A model generated the notes under the pieces. It did no database searches. It was not told the origin of the DNA and saw only the letters and a program-made list of their open reading frames with translations. A stretch of 64,000 bases of DNA, taken from contig JBHGNT010000009.1 of assembly GCA_043228905.1 (NCBI GenBank), positions 310,001 to 374,000 on the forward strand, read 5' to 3'. This stretch comes from Azolla caroliniana (lineage: Eukaryota > Plantae > Polypodiophyta). Position 1 is the stretch's first letter, and each line of letters begins with the position of its first letter. Positions 40,850 through 53,800 of the stretch are shown piece after piece. Position numbers and translations under genes: made by a program.

Positions 40850-43799
40850 ATGGCAGGTGCGACGCGAGCGGCTACTAGCGAGATGGAGCCCCCATCGACC
40901 ACCACCGTCCCTGGGAGGTCCACATTGAGCAATGTTCGGGAACTCCCGTCCCTCCAGGCATTTGGCGTCGCCTTCCCGGGTAGCGGTAGCCCAAGTGAAT
41001 CCAAGGGACCTTGTATGTAATACACTCTTTCCTAGTTTCTTCGTTTTCTTTATTGGAATCGTGATTGTTTCCAAATCGATTCTAGCCGTGCTATGAGTAA
41101 ATGATTTCAAGTGTTAAAATGGTCACCACGCCATGTTTTTTTAGGTAAATTGGTTTGCCATGTGTCTTTGATCTTTGAGTCCTTGAGCCACTTGGCATAA
41201 TTGAATTCTAATGAGTTAATGCTATAATTAGAACGATCGCGAGAAAATGATCTTGTAGTGAAACAATAATATAGCAAACTTTTTCGAGAATTGTAGTAGT
41301 GGAAAAGTGTGGTGATCCGGTAGAAATATGTTTGCTAAAGAAATCATGTTTTAATGATGGCTTATTTTCGGAAATTTGTTGTATTTCCATGTTAGATCGA
41401 TAGAAATATGTTTGCTAAAGAAATCATGTTTTAATGAATCATGGCCTCTTTCGGGAATTTTTCGTATTTCCATGTTAGGTCCCTTTTCTCAAAAGGTGCT
41501 CATTGCATTGGAGGAGAGACGGCTTCCCTATGTTGCAACATACATTGATCAGACTGTCGAGAAACCAAAATGGTAAAGACGGTGGATCCTATTTTTTCGA
41601 TCATCTCCATATCTTGATCATGAGACAAAATTGCTAAGAATTTATCCTTATCTTATGTTATTAATGATCATGTGCGAATTTAAGTTGGATGTTCTTGTCT
41701 TACAATAACGCTTTATTCCTTGCTTTAAATTAAATGTTACTGTTCACTTAGGGCCAATTCTATGTTAGATTCAATTGTGTTTCTTGATTCATGTTAATAG
41801 AGCTCAACTTATATATTGTCGTTTTGATATTGCATAATAGGTTCTTGGATAAAAACTCATCAGGTTTATTGCCTGTCTTACGAGATGGGGAAACGTGGAT
41901 TCAAGATTCAGAAGCAATTATCGACCACCTTTGCTCTAAATATGTGGAAGAATCAAAGCCTTTCAAAACCCCACAAGACATCAAAGAGAGAGCAAAACAA
42001 ATGTAAAATTTGTCTCGCAAGCTTTTTCGTTTCTTATTTTTAAATCTAGTAAGCTTCACACACACGCATGCACACACACTTGTCTTTTGTCCACATGGAT
42101 TATGTGAAATGCAGCTAAAGTTCTTAATAGGATTTACCAAAATATCGTTCTCGAGATTTCAACACTCTAAAACTTTAAACTAACGTCAGTATTGCAAATC
42201 TTGCTTTCATTACATGATAAGATTTAGTTGTCTGATGTTTAGGATACAAAACCAATCCTCATTTCTAGTGTTGCTTTGATGAAATTAGGATACAAAAACA
42301 ATTTGGGTCCTTAAAGGATTGGTTGAAGAGTAAAAATAAAACCAATCCTCATTTCTAGTGTTGCTTTGATGAAATTAGGATACAAAAACAATTTGGGTCC
42401 TTAAAGGATTGGTTGAAGAGTAAAAATAAGGACGATCCGGCTGGGAAAGCCTATGAACATGCTTTGCAGGAGGTCAATGAACACCTTAAGAAGAATGTAT
42501 GTATTTCGCATTCCTATCCTTTGGACTAGCATTTGGTATAGAATTATGTACTTAATTTTAATAGTATATGCACATTCCATCATTTGCTGTAAATTGTTAT
42601 GTATGTATTTCCTTTCCTAGCCTTTGGTATAGAAATATATGTACTTAAATTTAATAGAATATGCACTTTCCATCATTTGTTGTAAATTGTTAACCTCACA
42701 TATTGATGTTGAAGCATTCTGATACTTTGGCACCAAAGTGGTATGGCATGCCAATAATAAGTACTGACAAGAGATAGTCAAATATGTTATCTAGGGTAGG
42801 TGTGTTGACATTGAAGCATGTTAAGACTCATCAACAAAATGGTATGCCAATTCAATAATTGGTCAGACTAGAGATATTAGAAAAATGTAATCCTAGGTTA
42901 GGGATGCTTAATCCATGAAATAGTTGACTGGGCTTGGTATGCACAATTAAGAGTAGTTTTCAAACCATGTTTTGCTCTTTGTCGTATGGTGGTGGTTCAT
43001 TTGACATCTCTTGCTTGGAAGTATTATTGAACATCAAGTTTATAACCATAGTTGATGTTGCTGACACTTACATTCTTATATAATGGCACTTCATGGCTTG
43101 TGTAGGGCCCATACATGGCAGGAGATAAACCCACTGATATAGATTTTGATTTTGCTCCCAAGTTGCGTCATGCTCGAACTCTCTTGCTCCACTTCATGGA
43201 TTTCAATATCCCCACGGAATTGACGTCAGTCTTGCAATACATTGATGTAAGTAAAAACAAATTCTCTTGAAGAAAGCAAGCACTATGTTGTTTGTTCAAT
43301 GTATAGTCTCCAATTGTTGCCAAAGTATTTGGTTGTCAATAATTTTCTTTTACTTAATTCACATGGCCTCTTAAGTATTTATTTTGATTACTTAATTAAT
43401 TCATATGGCCTTATTTTAACTAATTATTACTTAATTAATTCATGTGGCCTTAGATAACTAATTATTACTTAATTAATTCATATAGCAGTACATATCTAAC
43501 ATAATGAGTATGGCATTGGAATGAGCATAAAGTGGTTTATTATTATTATTTTGATATAAAGGAAAATGTTGGAATGGATTGATATGGCGCTATATATTTA
43601 CGATAATTTGTATGGCCGTCGATTTGAGCATAAAGCTCAAGGAATGGATCTTATTGACATGATCTATTTATATTCGATGTAGTTGATGGAGAATCGACCA
43701 AGCTTTAAGAGAACGGATAGCCCCGACAATGATATAATATTTTCATGGCAGAAAAAGCTCTCACTACCAGAGAGAGTCCCGCTCATGCAATCATCCTAA
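40850..43799 (+). CDS. DHAR: Dehydroascorbate reductase-like GST (DHAR class); 6 exons (40850-41012, 41479-41572, 41841-42002, 42379-42496, 43106-43246, 43683-43799)
   Basis: CPFSQKVLIALEE (catalytic Cys codon split by intron 1), KPKWFL, G.LPVL, DSEAI, GPYMAG, D..FAPKLRH and RPSF..T. All junctions are GT-AG and in frame. Confidence 0.9.
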
Positions 43800-43879
43800 A
43801 GGCCATAAGAGCTGAAGTAGTTGTACATTTTTAGTAAGTTAAAGAAGAAACTAAAAACAATGGTAGGCACAGATATGGT

Positions 43880-44370
43880 TTAGTGTAGAGGCATAGATTT
43901 CCTATATGCCATCCCACAATGCACAAGATCATGTTTCTTAAACCTCTATATGAAACTTTGTAACTTGGTGATAAGTCTTTATAGCTTCTTAATGGTTGGA
44001 CTAATACATGCTAAATTATATTCATTTTATGTGTACATTTGTTGGCAATGACCTAATAATCTTTATGGTTGGACTAATGTATGCTAATATTTGTTTTATG
44101 TGTACATTTGTTGGCAATGACCTAATAATCTGGTGTAGTTTAAAGGCATAGATTTCCTATATGCCATCCCACAATGCACAGATCATGTGTCTTAAACCTC
44201 TATATGAAACTTTGTAACTTGGTGATAAGTCTTTATTGCTTCTTAATGGTTGGACTAATACATGCTAAATTATATTCATTTTATGTGTACATTTGTCGGC
44301 AATGACCTAATAATCTTTATGGTTGGACTAATATATGCTAATATTTGTTGGCAATGACCTAATAATCTTT
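43880..44370. repeat. Nested tandem duplications in the DHAR 3' region
   Basis: aggcatagatttcctatatgccatccc...tttatgtgtacatttg.tggcaatgacctaataatc repeats with a period of ~256 bp and contains internal sub-repeats. Confidence 0.9.
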
Positions 44371-47006
44371 GTAACTTTGGGACATGCTTTAAGTAATAAT
44401 GCACTTCCAATATAATACTTAATACTTCTATATTATATATTTTGTCTTCTATATTATGGTTTTTGCTCATGCAAGTTAATTAGCTCTGTTGCGTGTAAGG
44501 TTAACATTTTCTATTCATTGTTTGGCCTTTCGGAACTTTCTTTTGTCACCATACTCCATTGCAAAGGTCCATAAAATCTTGATCTTGGTGTCTTAGTTAT
44601 TGTGTTGATTCTCCATGTATGAGCTTTCTTGCTTTGAAAGCCACACCATTGGAAATTCTTGTCATGGGAGCTCCTCATTATAGATAGATATAAGCATTTT
44701 GATTCAAATCTATTAATGTAGAACCTTGTTTAACAATGTAAGTGTTGCGAGATAATCCAAATCCACTTTTTGGGAATCTAGAGGTGAGGTTTTCAATGCT
44801 TTTCTGGATATCAATGCTTTTCAATGTTGACATTCTTTGAGATCAGTTGAATGTTTGATAATCTCCTTTCTTGTCCTAGGTATTGGCACAAGACTTAAGA
44901 ACACTAGTGACTCAACTTATGAGGATGTACCTATAGTTGGCATTTATCAAGATGTTGATGCTGTCTATTATGAATGGATGTTTTGTAAATAGTTTCATGG
45001 ACTATGAATGACAGTAGAATTCCTTGGACCTATGAAACCATATTATGTATCGCCCAACACAATCAATCATTCATTTCAAAGGTTGATACATAATATGTGA
45101 GTGCTTCATCAAAGTCATTGTCATTTCAATGTGGGTGGTTCCATCTCATCATTCCAACGTTTTACAATAATGTTGCCTTATGTCCACACAACTTTCCATC
45201 ACTGTTTGTGGCACAATGTCACTCTAGTACTGACTTTTGCAAAGAACAAAACAAACAACGTTTTGAAACATGTCCTCCACTACCTACATTTGCATCTCCT
45301 TTGAACAAAGAAATAATGCACTTCTTTTTGAAATATGTGCTCAAGCAGTATTTCTTTGGAACACCAACATCTCTCTAAACCACTTGGGATATAACATCGA
45401 CATGTTTTCCTTACATGTCCTAATTTTGGAGTTGGAATTCTTCCTTGAATATAAGATAAGACATGTGAGAGATAGAAAAGAATATAATCAACCACAAGAA
45501 GTTCAATTTTGAGTATGCGACCAAATAAAAATATGCTATTGTATGTCCTTCCTTCCTAAGAAGGGGGGTTACTACTCTTTGGGGTAAATTCTATGTAAAA
45601 AAATGTGCTCATCCATCTCTGTGGAAATTTGAGTATGACACTTAAATTATCATGTTGAGCATGCGAGAAGTGATACTCATCCGGCACTTGGTTTTCATAG
45701 CAATTTTGCATATTTTCATACTTGGGTGATAATTCCATTATGCTACTTCAACACCTTGTGTGAGTGAGTTCAAATATGTGTTAAGGCTCTTCGGGGGACA
45801 AAGTTCATGGGGGCAGTAAGATGCAAGTTGGATATGTCCTGGTATTTTTACCTTGTACTGGGTGGGCCAATCTTAAGGGTTAGCATTTGCAAAGTAATAT
45901 TCCGTTCCATAAAGTAACACTTGCACCACCATAGAATTGAATAACATCGATCCACTTCCCATCCATTTGTATGTAAACAAGGGACATTCCTATCCAACCC
46001 ACATGAAGTCTAGACGCATAGCATATATTCCAGCTATTTGTTGATGAGACAATATGTAAACAAGGGACATTCCTATCCAACCCACTTGAAGTCTAGACTC
46101 ATATCTATATTCCATTGTCGATAGGATAGCTTTGAACACGTTTGCGTTCACAAGTGGAAGGATCGCGCACAAGTGGAAGGATAAGGAATATTCTGTTTGA
46201 TTTTGGGGGTTTTTTTGCCATTTCAAAAAACATCTTGATACTAGTATCACATGTTCTCCAAAACTTGATGAAAAAGTTGAAATTTTCACCATTTGGTAAA
46301 ATTGAAAAATGCCAAATTTGGGTAAAATATGAAAAGTAACTTTGTGGATTTTTAAAGAAAAATGACAACTAATAAGTTTTTAGATCTTAAAGAAATCAAA
46401 GTAGAATATTTCAAAACAATGAACGTTTTTATTCCATTCGATAAAATGTTGTCTAAATTTGTTACATATAGTTGCACAACAAATACATTTGGGAGTTATC
46501 TGCATGACTATCATCATTCTTTTCATGAGAATCACTACTATAGATAATATACAATTGTGACTCTTCCTCCTCATCTTCTAATGTACCAATCAAATCATTG
46601 TCTTCACCAAATGGTATCTCCAAATTTTGTGCAATAAATCTTCTTCGTCTTCAATCTGAGATATCTTCTAGACTTGCTAATATCTCTTTTATTATGCATA
46701 TCGTTGTTGTCCTTATACATCCAACTTTTATTTGTGTAAAGTCATACATAATGATATCCACCTCATTAATGTCAATGATAGATGTATTACAAAGGTTTTA
46801 TGCATCATCACGTCCAAAACTTTACCAATGCAGAATTGGTACCCTAGGTCATGGCCATCTACATGTGTAGCTATTAATATCCCCACCTTGACTTCTTGCA
46901 AGTTTCCTTGTCACCTGAGTTATGCTTGTGTTGTCATCATTCGTTCCAACTATAAAGATCAACATTAAGTAGTGATTGAGAACCACACGAACACTTTATG
47001 GACCGT

Positions 47007-49843
47007 GTAAATGGCATTTGCAAGGTTCAATTACCATCAACACAATTATTAATAGTTTTTTGTTAATCAATGATGCACATGTTTACCATAAAGTATCTTA
47101 TTGTACAGCATACTTGTTTGCACTATCGATATGCATCTTTTTCTCTTGTAAAAACAAAGATTTTAGTACGATTCAAGTTCATGTTTAAAAAACCTCTTTT
47201 ATCTAAAAAACAACAAGATTTTAAACATTAAGTCGATATGTTATATCGAGTTGATGTAAAAAATAGAGTTTTCATCATAATTCCATACAATGTATTGAAT
47301 TCTTGCTCAAAGTTTTTTTTACTAGATTTAAATAATAATAATAATAATAATAAATTGTGCTTGAGTTCATCTAGAAAACCATAATTTTCATCACAATTCG
47401 ATATAATGTATTGAGTTCATGCTTAAAGTAATTTTTTCTAATTGTTTTCAATTTTGTTTCAATTTTTTTCAATTTTTTATAGTTTTTTATTGATTTTGTT
47501 TTATTTTTTAAACATCAATTTGATACATTGTATCAACTTGTGATAAAAGCTCTGGTTTTTTCATCACTTATTAAAGCTCAATTTTGTTTTAGAAAAAAAA
47601 CAAAGTACCAAAATAAAATAGAAAAAAATGTAATTATTTTTTTAAAAAAATCCAAAATTAAACTTTTCATGTGATGATATGTTAGGACTCGAACCCATGA
47701 CCTTATGTTACATGGGTCAAGCTCTTAATTTTGTTTTAGAAAAAAAACAAAACACCATAATAAAATAGGAAAAAATGTAATTATTTTTAAAAAAAAATCC
47801 GAAATAAAACTTTAAACATGAACTCGATACACCGTGTCGGGTTCATGTAAAAAAGTTAGCTTTTCAACATGAACTTGATACGCCGTATCGGGTTCATGTA
47901 AAAAAGTTAGTATCGAGTTCTTGTAAAAAAGCTAACTTTTTTATATGTCATGATATGGTAGGACTCGAACCCATGACCTTCTGCTACATGGGTGGAGCTC
48001 TTGACCATTAGACCATGCATTATAATACATATATTATTATTTTTATCATTTATTAAAGCTTAATTTATTTTTAGAAAAAAAACAAAACACCATAATAAAA
48101 TAGGAAAAAATGTAATTATTTTAAAAAAAAAATCTGAAATAAAACTTTAAACATGAACTCGATACACCGTATCGAGTTCATGTAAAAAAGTTAGCTTTTC
48201 AACATGAACTCGATACGGCGTATCGAGTTCATGTTTAAAAGGGGTATCGAGTTCATGTAAAAAAGTTATCTTAGTTCATGACATGATATAGTAAGACTCG
48301 AACCCATGACCTTCTGCTACATGGGTGGGACTCTTGACCATTAGACCATACATTGTAATATATAAACTATTATTTTTATCACTTATTAAAGCTTAATTTG
48401 TTTTTAGAAAACAAACAAAACACCATAATAAAATAGGAAAAAATGTAATTATTTTAAAAAAAAAATCCGAAATAAAACTTTAAACATGAACTCGATACGC
48501 CGTATCGAGTTCATGTAAAAAAGTTAGCTTTTCAACATGAACTCGATACGGCGTATCGAGTTCATGTAAAAATGTTAGCTTAGTTGATGATATGATATGC
48601 TAGGATTCGAACCCTTAACATTGGGCTACATGGGTGGAGCTCTTAACCATTAGACCATACATTGTAATAAATAAAATATTATTTTCATCACTTATTAAAT
48701 CTTAAAGTTTTTTAGAAAAAAAAACAAAATACCAAAATAAAATAGGAAAAATGTAATTATTTAAAAAAATAAATCGGAAATAAAACTTTAAACATGAACT
48801 CGATACGCCATATCGAGTTCATGTAAAAAAGTTAGACTTTAAACATGAACTCGATACGCCGTATCGAGTTCATGTTGAAAAGGCGTATCGAGTTCATGTC
48901 GTGATATGTAGGACTTGAACCCATGACATTATGCTACATGAGTCAAGCTCTTGACCATTAGACAATACATTGTAATACATAAAATATTATTTTCCTCACT
49001 TATTAAAGCTCAAAGCTTTTTAGAGAAAAAAACAAAATACCAAAATAAAATAGGAAAAAATGTAATTATTTTAAAAAAATAAATCGGAAATAACACTTTC
49101 AACATGAACTCGATACGTCGTAGATTAACTCATGTCATCATCATTCCCTCTCAGTCCCTCTCTCTCTCTCACTCTCTCTCTCTCTTCTTTTCTCAAGTGT
49201 TCTACACCTTAAATTATTCTTAGTACTAATATTTCTCTCTTAGTACTAATTTCGTCTCTGTCTTAGAATTTTGTTTTTGAGCTTTAATAAGTGATGTAAA
49301 AACCTGAGTTTTTATCACAAGTCGATACAATGTATCAAGTTCATGTTTAAAATTATTATTTTTTCCATAAAAAATAAAAAAATAAAAAAAATAAAAGAAA
49401 TTAAAAGAAACAAAAAGAAACAAAAAAAATTTGAAAAAAAAAAAAAAAATTGAAACAAATTGAAAATGTTTTTTTTAAAATTAGAAAAAATTACTTTAAA
49501 CATGAACTCGATACATTGTATTGAATTGTGATGAAAAATCTGGTTTTTCAATGAACTCAAGCTTAATTTATTATTATTATTATTATTTAAATCCGGTAAA
49601 AAAACTTTGAACATGAATTTAATATATTGTATAGAGTTATGATGAAAACTCTATTTTTTACATCAATTCAATACAACATATCGTGTTCATGTTTAAAACT
49701 CTTGTTGTTTTTCAAATAAAAGAGGTTTTTAAAGATGTATGTTGCACAACAAGATACCTTATGGTAAATATGTGCTTCATTTATTAGAAGAAAACCATTA
49801 ATAATTGTGTTGATGGTAATTGAACTTTGCAAATGCCATTTAC
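47007..49843. repeat. Foldback with ~580-bp inverted arms (47007-47590 / 49265-49843) enclosing a satellite
   Basis: gtaaatggcatttgcaaggttcaattaccatcaacacaatt... is the reverse complement of ...aattgtgttgatggtaattgaactttgcaaatgccatttac, and the match continues inward. Confidence 0.88.
47570..49135. repeat. ~310-bp satellite, 5 units, made of an LTR head plus palindromic hairpins
   Basis: LTR-head copies at ~47670, 47946, 48279, 48588 and 48897. The hairpin catgaactcgatac-gcc-gtatcgagttcatg occurs 2-3 times per unit. Confidence 0.92.
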
Positions 49844-50829
49844 TTCACAAATTTTGAAGGGGAATTCTTATAAGGAAGGAGATTATAACATTGTAGATAC
49901 CTTGATAACTATGTGTTATGTTCAAATTGATATATTAATGTTCACATCTAAAGTTTGACAATTTATGAATATCGTCTACATTTTAGGAGTTGTGGATTTA
50001 TCAAAATTGTTTATGAATATTGTCTACATTTCTTGAGTTGTGAATTTATGGATGTTAATGAGCACTAATTTATAGATGATGACATTAAGGATTGCAATAT
50101 TACCTTTTATACTTAAAACATTTTCAAGTCTAACAATAGATGTAACCTTAATCTTCTCAAGACGGTGAAACCATTAATCTTAACTTGTGCCTTGAGTTGA
50201 CCATAATTGTGATTTTCTTTAAGTTAACTACATTTCATATCTGCAAACCATCAACATTTAAACATTATCCCTAAACTATTCAATTTTAGAAATTATCATT
50301 TAGAAATTTGTTAAATCTCAAAAAATTAGCAAAATTTACATGCTATTTAAAACATGTGATACTAGTGTATCAAGTTTTTGGAAATTGTCTAAAATCGCAA
50401 GATTATAAAAGGAATCTATAAGTGGAATGCGCAATCCTTCCACTTGTGAATGCAAAGGTGTTTTTGTACAACTTATATTGGTTCACCCTTCTATGTAAAC
50501 GTGGTGTAGCGCTCTTGCTTGTATTGTCATTATTGACATCATTTTTGTTTTCTTGACATTAAGAACTAGTAAATTCATTTGACAAAAAAAATCTAATACA
50601 TAAATTATGTGTTGCATGTCATCCAAAAGTATATGAGAATAATACAACATCATTGACATATAGGGGTATAAAAATAAGCTCTTACATGAGTTTTGGACCA
50701 TCCAATCCTTCTTTTTTCACAACTTGGTTTGCTACTTCTTCTAGTTAATCAATATATGTCAAACAGTGTGGGAGAACTCTTTCTTGATCCCAATGTTGCT
50801 CAATAAGTACTTTGAGAAATAATAGTTTG

Positions 50830-53800
50830 AAAGCGGGACTTTGCATAGCAATAAATGATACTTGGTTGTTCTCCTTCTTACATTATGGAGTTTTGTCATG
50901 TGGTCGAGGTCAATATGTAAATTTTCAAATAGGCTTGAAGAAGTGGGGTCTATTGAATATTTATGCACCTAATAATGCAAGAGATAGAACGATATTATGG
51001 AAGAGCATACTTTCACAGTTACCTAATGTGGACCATTGGGTGATTGCGGGTGACTTTAATATATGGAGGATGTGTGTGATAGGTTAGGCAGAAGGTCACA
51101 TACACTAGTTGGTTCAGAATTATATGAATGGGAATGGTTGTTTTTTCTTTGGGATTAATGGATTTGTGGCATGTGTCTTCATTTGTAATGTTGCAGGATT
51201 CTTTAGCATACACCACATCAAATAGAAGAGAGTTACATACCAATTTGTCTAGGTTAGATATTCTATGCTGATAAGTTTATATCAGACAAATGAGGCTCCA
51301 TTGGAATTTTACCTTCCTTTTCCTTTTCTTATCATGCACCACTTCATTTAGTTATAGTCTTGCAGGAGCACTATAAAACTTCTAGATTTAGAATTCCGAA
51401 TCATGTGTTTCTTAGACAAGATTGTGTTCCTATTCTGTATAATATTTGGAATAAGTACGACTATTCTTATGACTACGCATTATCTAGTGTTAAGAAACCT
51501 ATTACTGAAATACAACAACTCTTCCAGTATAAGGCCAAACAAGTATTTTATGCGTCTTTCACTAAAATAGGAAGACTTCGTAGGGGATTGAGGTCCTTAC
51601 AACATTTTCAAGAGAGAAGGCCATATTCGACTTATACAAGTTCTAGAGTGATACAATTAGGGAATAAGATATTGGAATTAGAAAAGGTTTCCACTAAATT
51701 TACTTACCGTGATATATCTTCTGAATGGGCAGAGTCGGGAAATAAAGTAAATAAATTGTTCTTTGCAATGCATAATCACCATAAGTCGATTGTTAGGATC
51801 TCCCATTTAAAATGTCCCGGCGGCTCTTATACCAACGATCCTAGTAAGATGCGTCAAATAACCTCTGATTATTACGATAATTTGTTGAAGGCTAGATCCT
51901 TTTTTGGAGATGATTTGTTTAAACGGGATATTATATGGTCAAGGATTCAACATTGAGTGTTTGTAAAACTTTCAGAATGCCTTTTACAACCACTCAGTCC
52001 TCAAGAGATTCTTAAAGCAACAAAGGCCCTAGCAAAGGACGTTTTCCTGGATTGGATGGGTTGGGGGTTCAGTGGTATATACAATATTGGGATTTGATAG
52101 GTGAGGCACTAACCAAAGCTTATCAAAAAAATTTAGATTTTGGAAATATGCCACAATAATGGAATGAGGGTTCAATATACATGATTCCCAAATCAAGTGG
52201 TCAGTTAGAGGAGCTTCGTCATTGGAGGCCAATTACTTTGCTAAATGTTATTTATAAGATATTAGCAAAAACGATAGCTAGACATTTACAACCTTATCTT
52301 TCTGAATTGATTCATGATTCTCAGATTGGTTTTATACAAGAGCGAAGTATAAAATTATGCTTTTTTGGGAAATGGTGGCCTTTGCTAAATTGCATAAGCA
52401 AGTTTTGGCAATGTTATTTCTAGATTTTGAAAAAGCTTATGATAGAGTGTATTGGGATTTTATGGAGAGCACTTTGCCTAGGATGAGCTTTCCAAACAAA
52501 TGGATACGAGGTGTTTCAACATTATATCGTAATGCACATAGTTCACTTTTATTTGCAGGGGATGTTGGTAGGTGATTCTCTATTTCAAGATCGGTAAGGC
52601 AAGGATATCCACTTGCTCCTTTTCTATTTTTACTAGTACAACTGAAACATTTTTTGTACATTTAAATTCTCAAGATGTTAATATCAAAGGTTTAGCACTA
52701 CCATTTGCAGAATCTATTGGCGTGGACTGTGAGTTTACTGATGACACAACTCTTTATGTTCATGCATCACAATTTAACTTGTTGTAGGACCAAAAAACTG
52801 TGGATGACTTCTCAAATGCATCGGGTGCACTGATTACTTGGAATAAATCATCAGGTTTTTGGGTGGCTTCGGGAGATCTACCATTGAATGTACCTACCTT
52901 AGGATGCACGTGGATATCGAAAGGGCACTCGATTAGGTATTTAGGATGTAGAGTGGGGTTGGGATTAAATGTAGAAGATATGCTTGTGTCCTTGTTGTTA
53001 AGATTAAGGAATAAGCTAATATACTGGAATAGGGAAAAGTTATCCCTAGCCGGACGTGTAGTTGTTACTAATTTAGTGCTTTTGTCCTCCATTTGGTTAA
53101 TACGTCTACATGGCTATTTTCTAGGTTAGTAATGCTTAAAGTTCAACACCTAGTGCAGAATTTTATTTGGGGAAATGCTATTGTAGACAATACTATAGCA
53201 AAGGTGGCTTGGTCGGTTCTTATACAGCCTAAACAGAAAGGAGGTTTAAGTTTGATTGATCCTTTTATGCAAAGTAAAGCATTACTTGTTAAACATGTTG
53301 TTAGGAGTTTATTGCTAGTGGAGGAGTTAAGGATTTGTCATTTATATAAATTTAAGTCATCGGTAAGTGGTCAATGACGTGATAGTCTTAGATGGTTCTT
53401 TAACTCAGATTTTCCGCAGCCTAAGTTGATGGCTGTGTCTTTACATTTTTTTAATGGAATTCACTGGGCATGGGAAAGTATTCGTCTAGCACTTGTTTTC
53501 TTGCCACCAAAAACTTTTCATCAATTCATACATCAACCGTTGTTATGGAATCCTTTATTTATTGATGAAGTTGCATGTGTTTTGGGTTTACGGCCTAGGT
53601 TATCTTGGGTTGCAATGGATAGTGGCCCAACCCGTACGGTTGCTGATTGGGTAAATTTTTTGTAGACTTTAGTGCAAGACCAAAAAATAGGGTGTCTAAT
53701 TTCAGAGGGGTAAATATTATGCTCTCTCAAGTCTCAACGATGTATCAGGTAACAACGCCAACTTTGCAATTTGATCATTTTCAGATTTGGTATGGTATGT

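Larger units (their letters stand above)
46135..50462. mobile_element. Non-autonomous TIR DNA transposon, AACACG...GGTGTT ends, 4-bp TSD TTTG (possibly Sola-like)
   Basis: TIR aacacgtttgcgttcacaagtggaaggat / atccttccacttgtgaatgcaaaggtgtt. TTTG at 46131-46134 and 50463-50466. Subterminal motif actagtatcacatgtt is present at both ends. Confidence 0.88.
45500..50825 (-). mobile_element. LINE RT 3' part (RTEX/CR1-like), split by the TIR element at 46135-50462
   Basis: FSKYLLSNIGIK, SPTLF.IYID, LY.NDVVL and LNVKKTKMM on the right; F.SMVVQVLLYG and CYENQVPDEYHF on the left. Removing the insert plus one TSD restores GEPI*VVQSY. Confidence 0.8.

Noticed and set aside
47670-49135. CRISPR-like array or tRNA gene cluster
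   Set aside because: The sequences between palindromes are themselves repeats. The tRNA-like parts lack acceptor and anticodon stems and derive from an LTR end.
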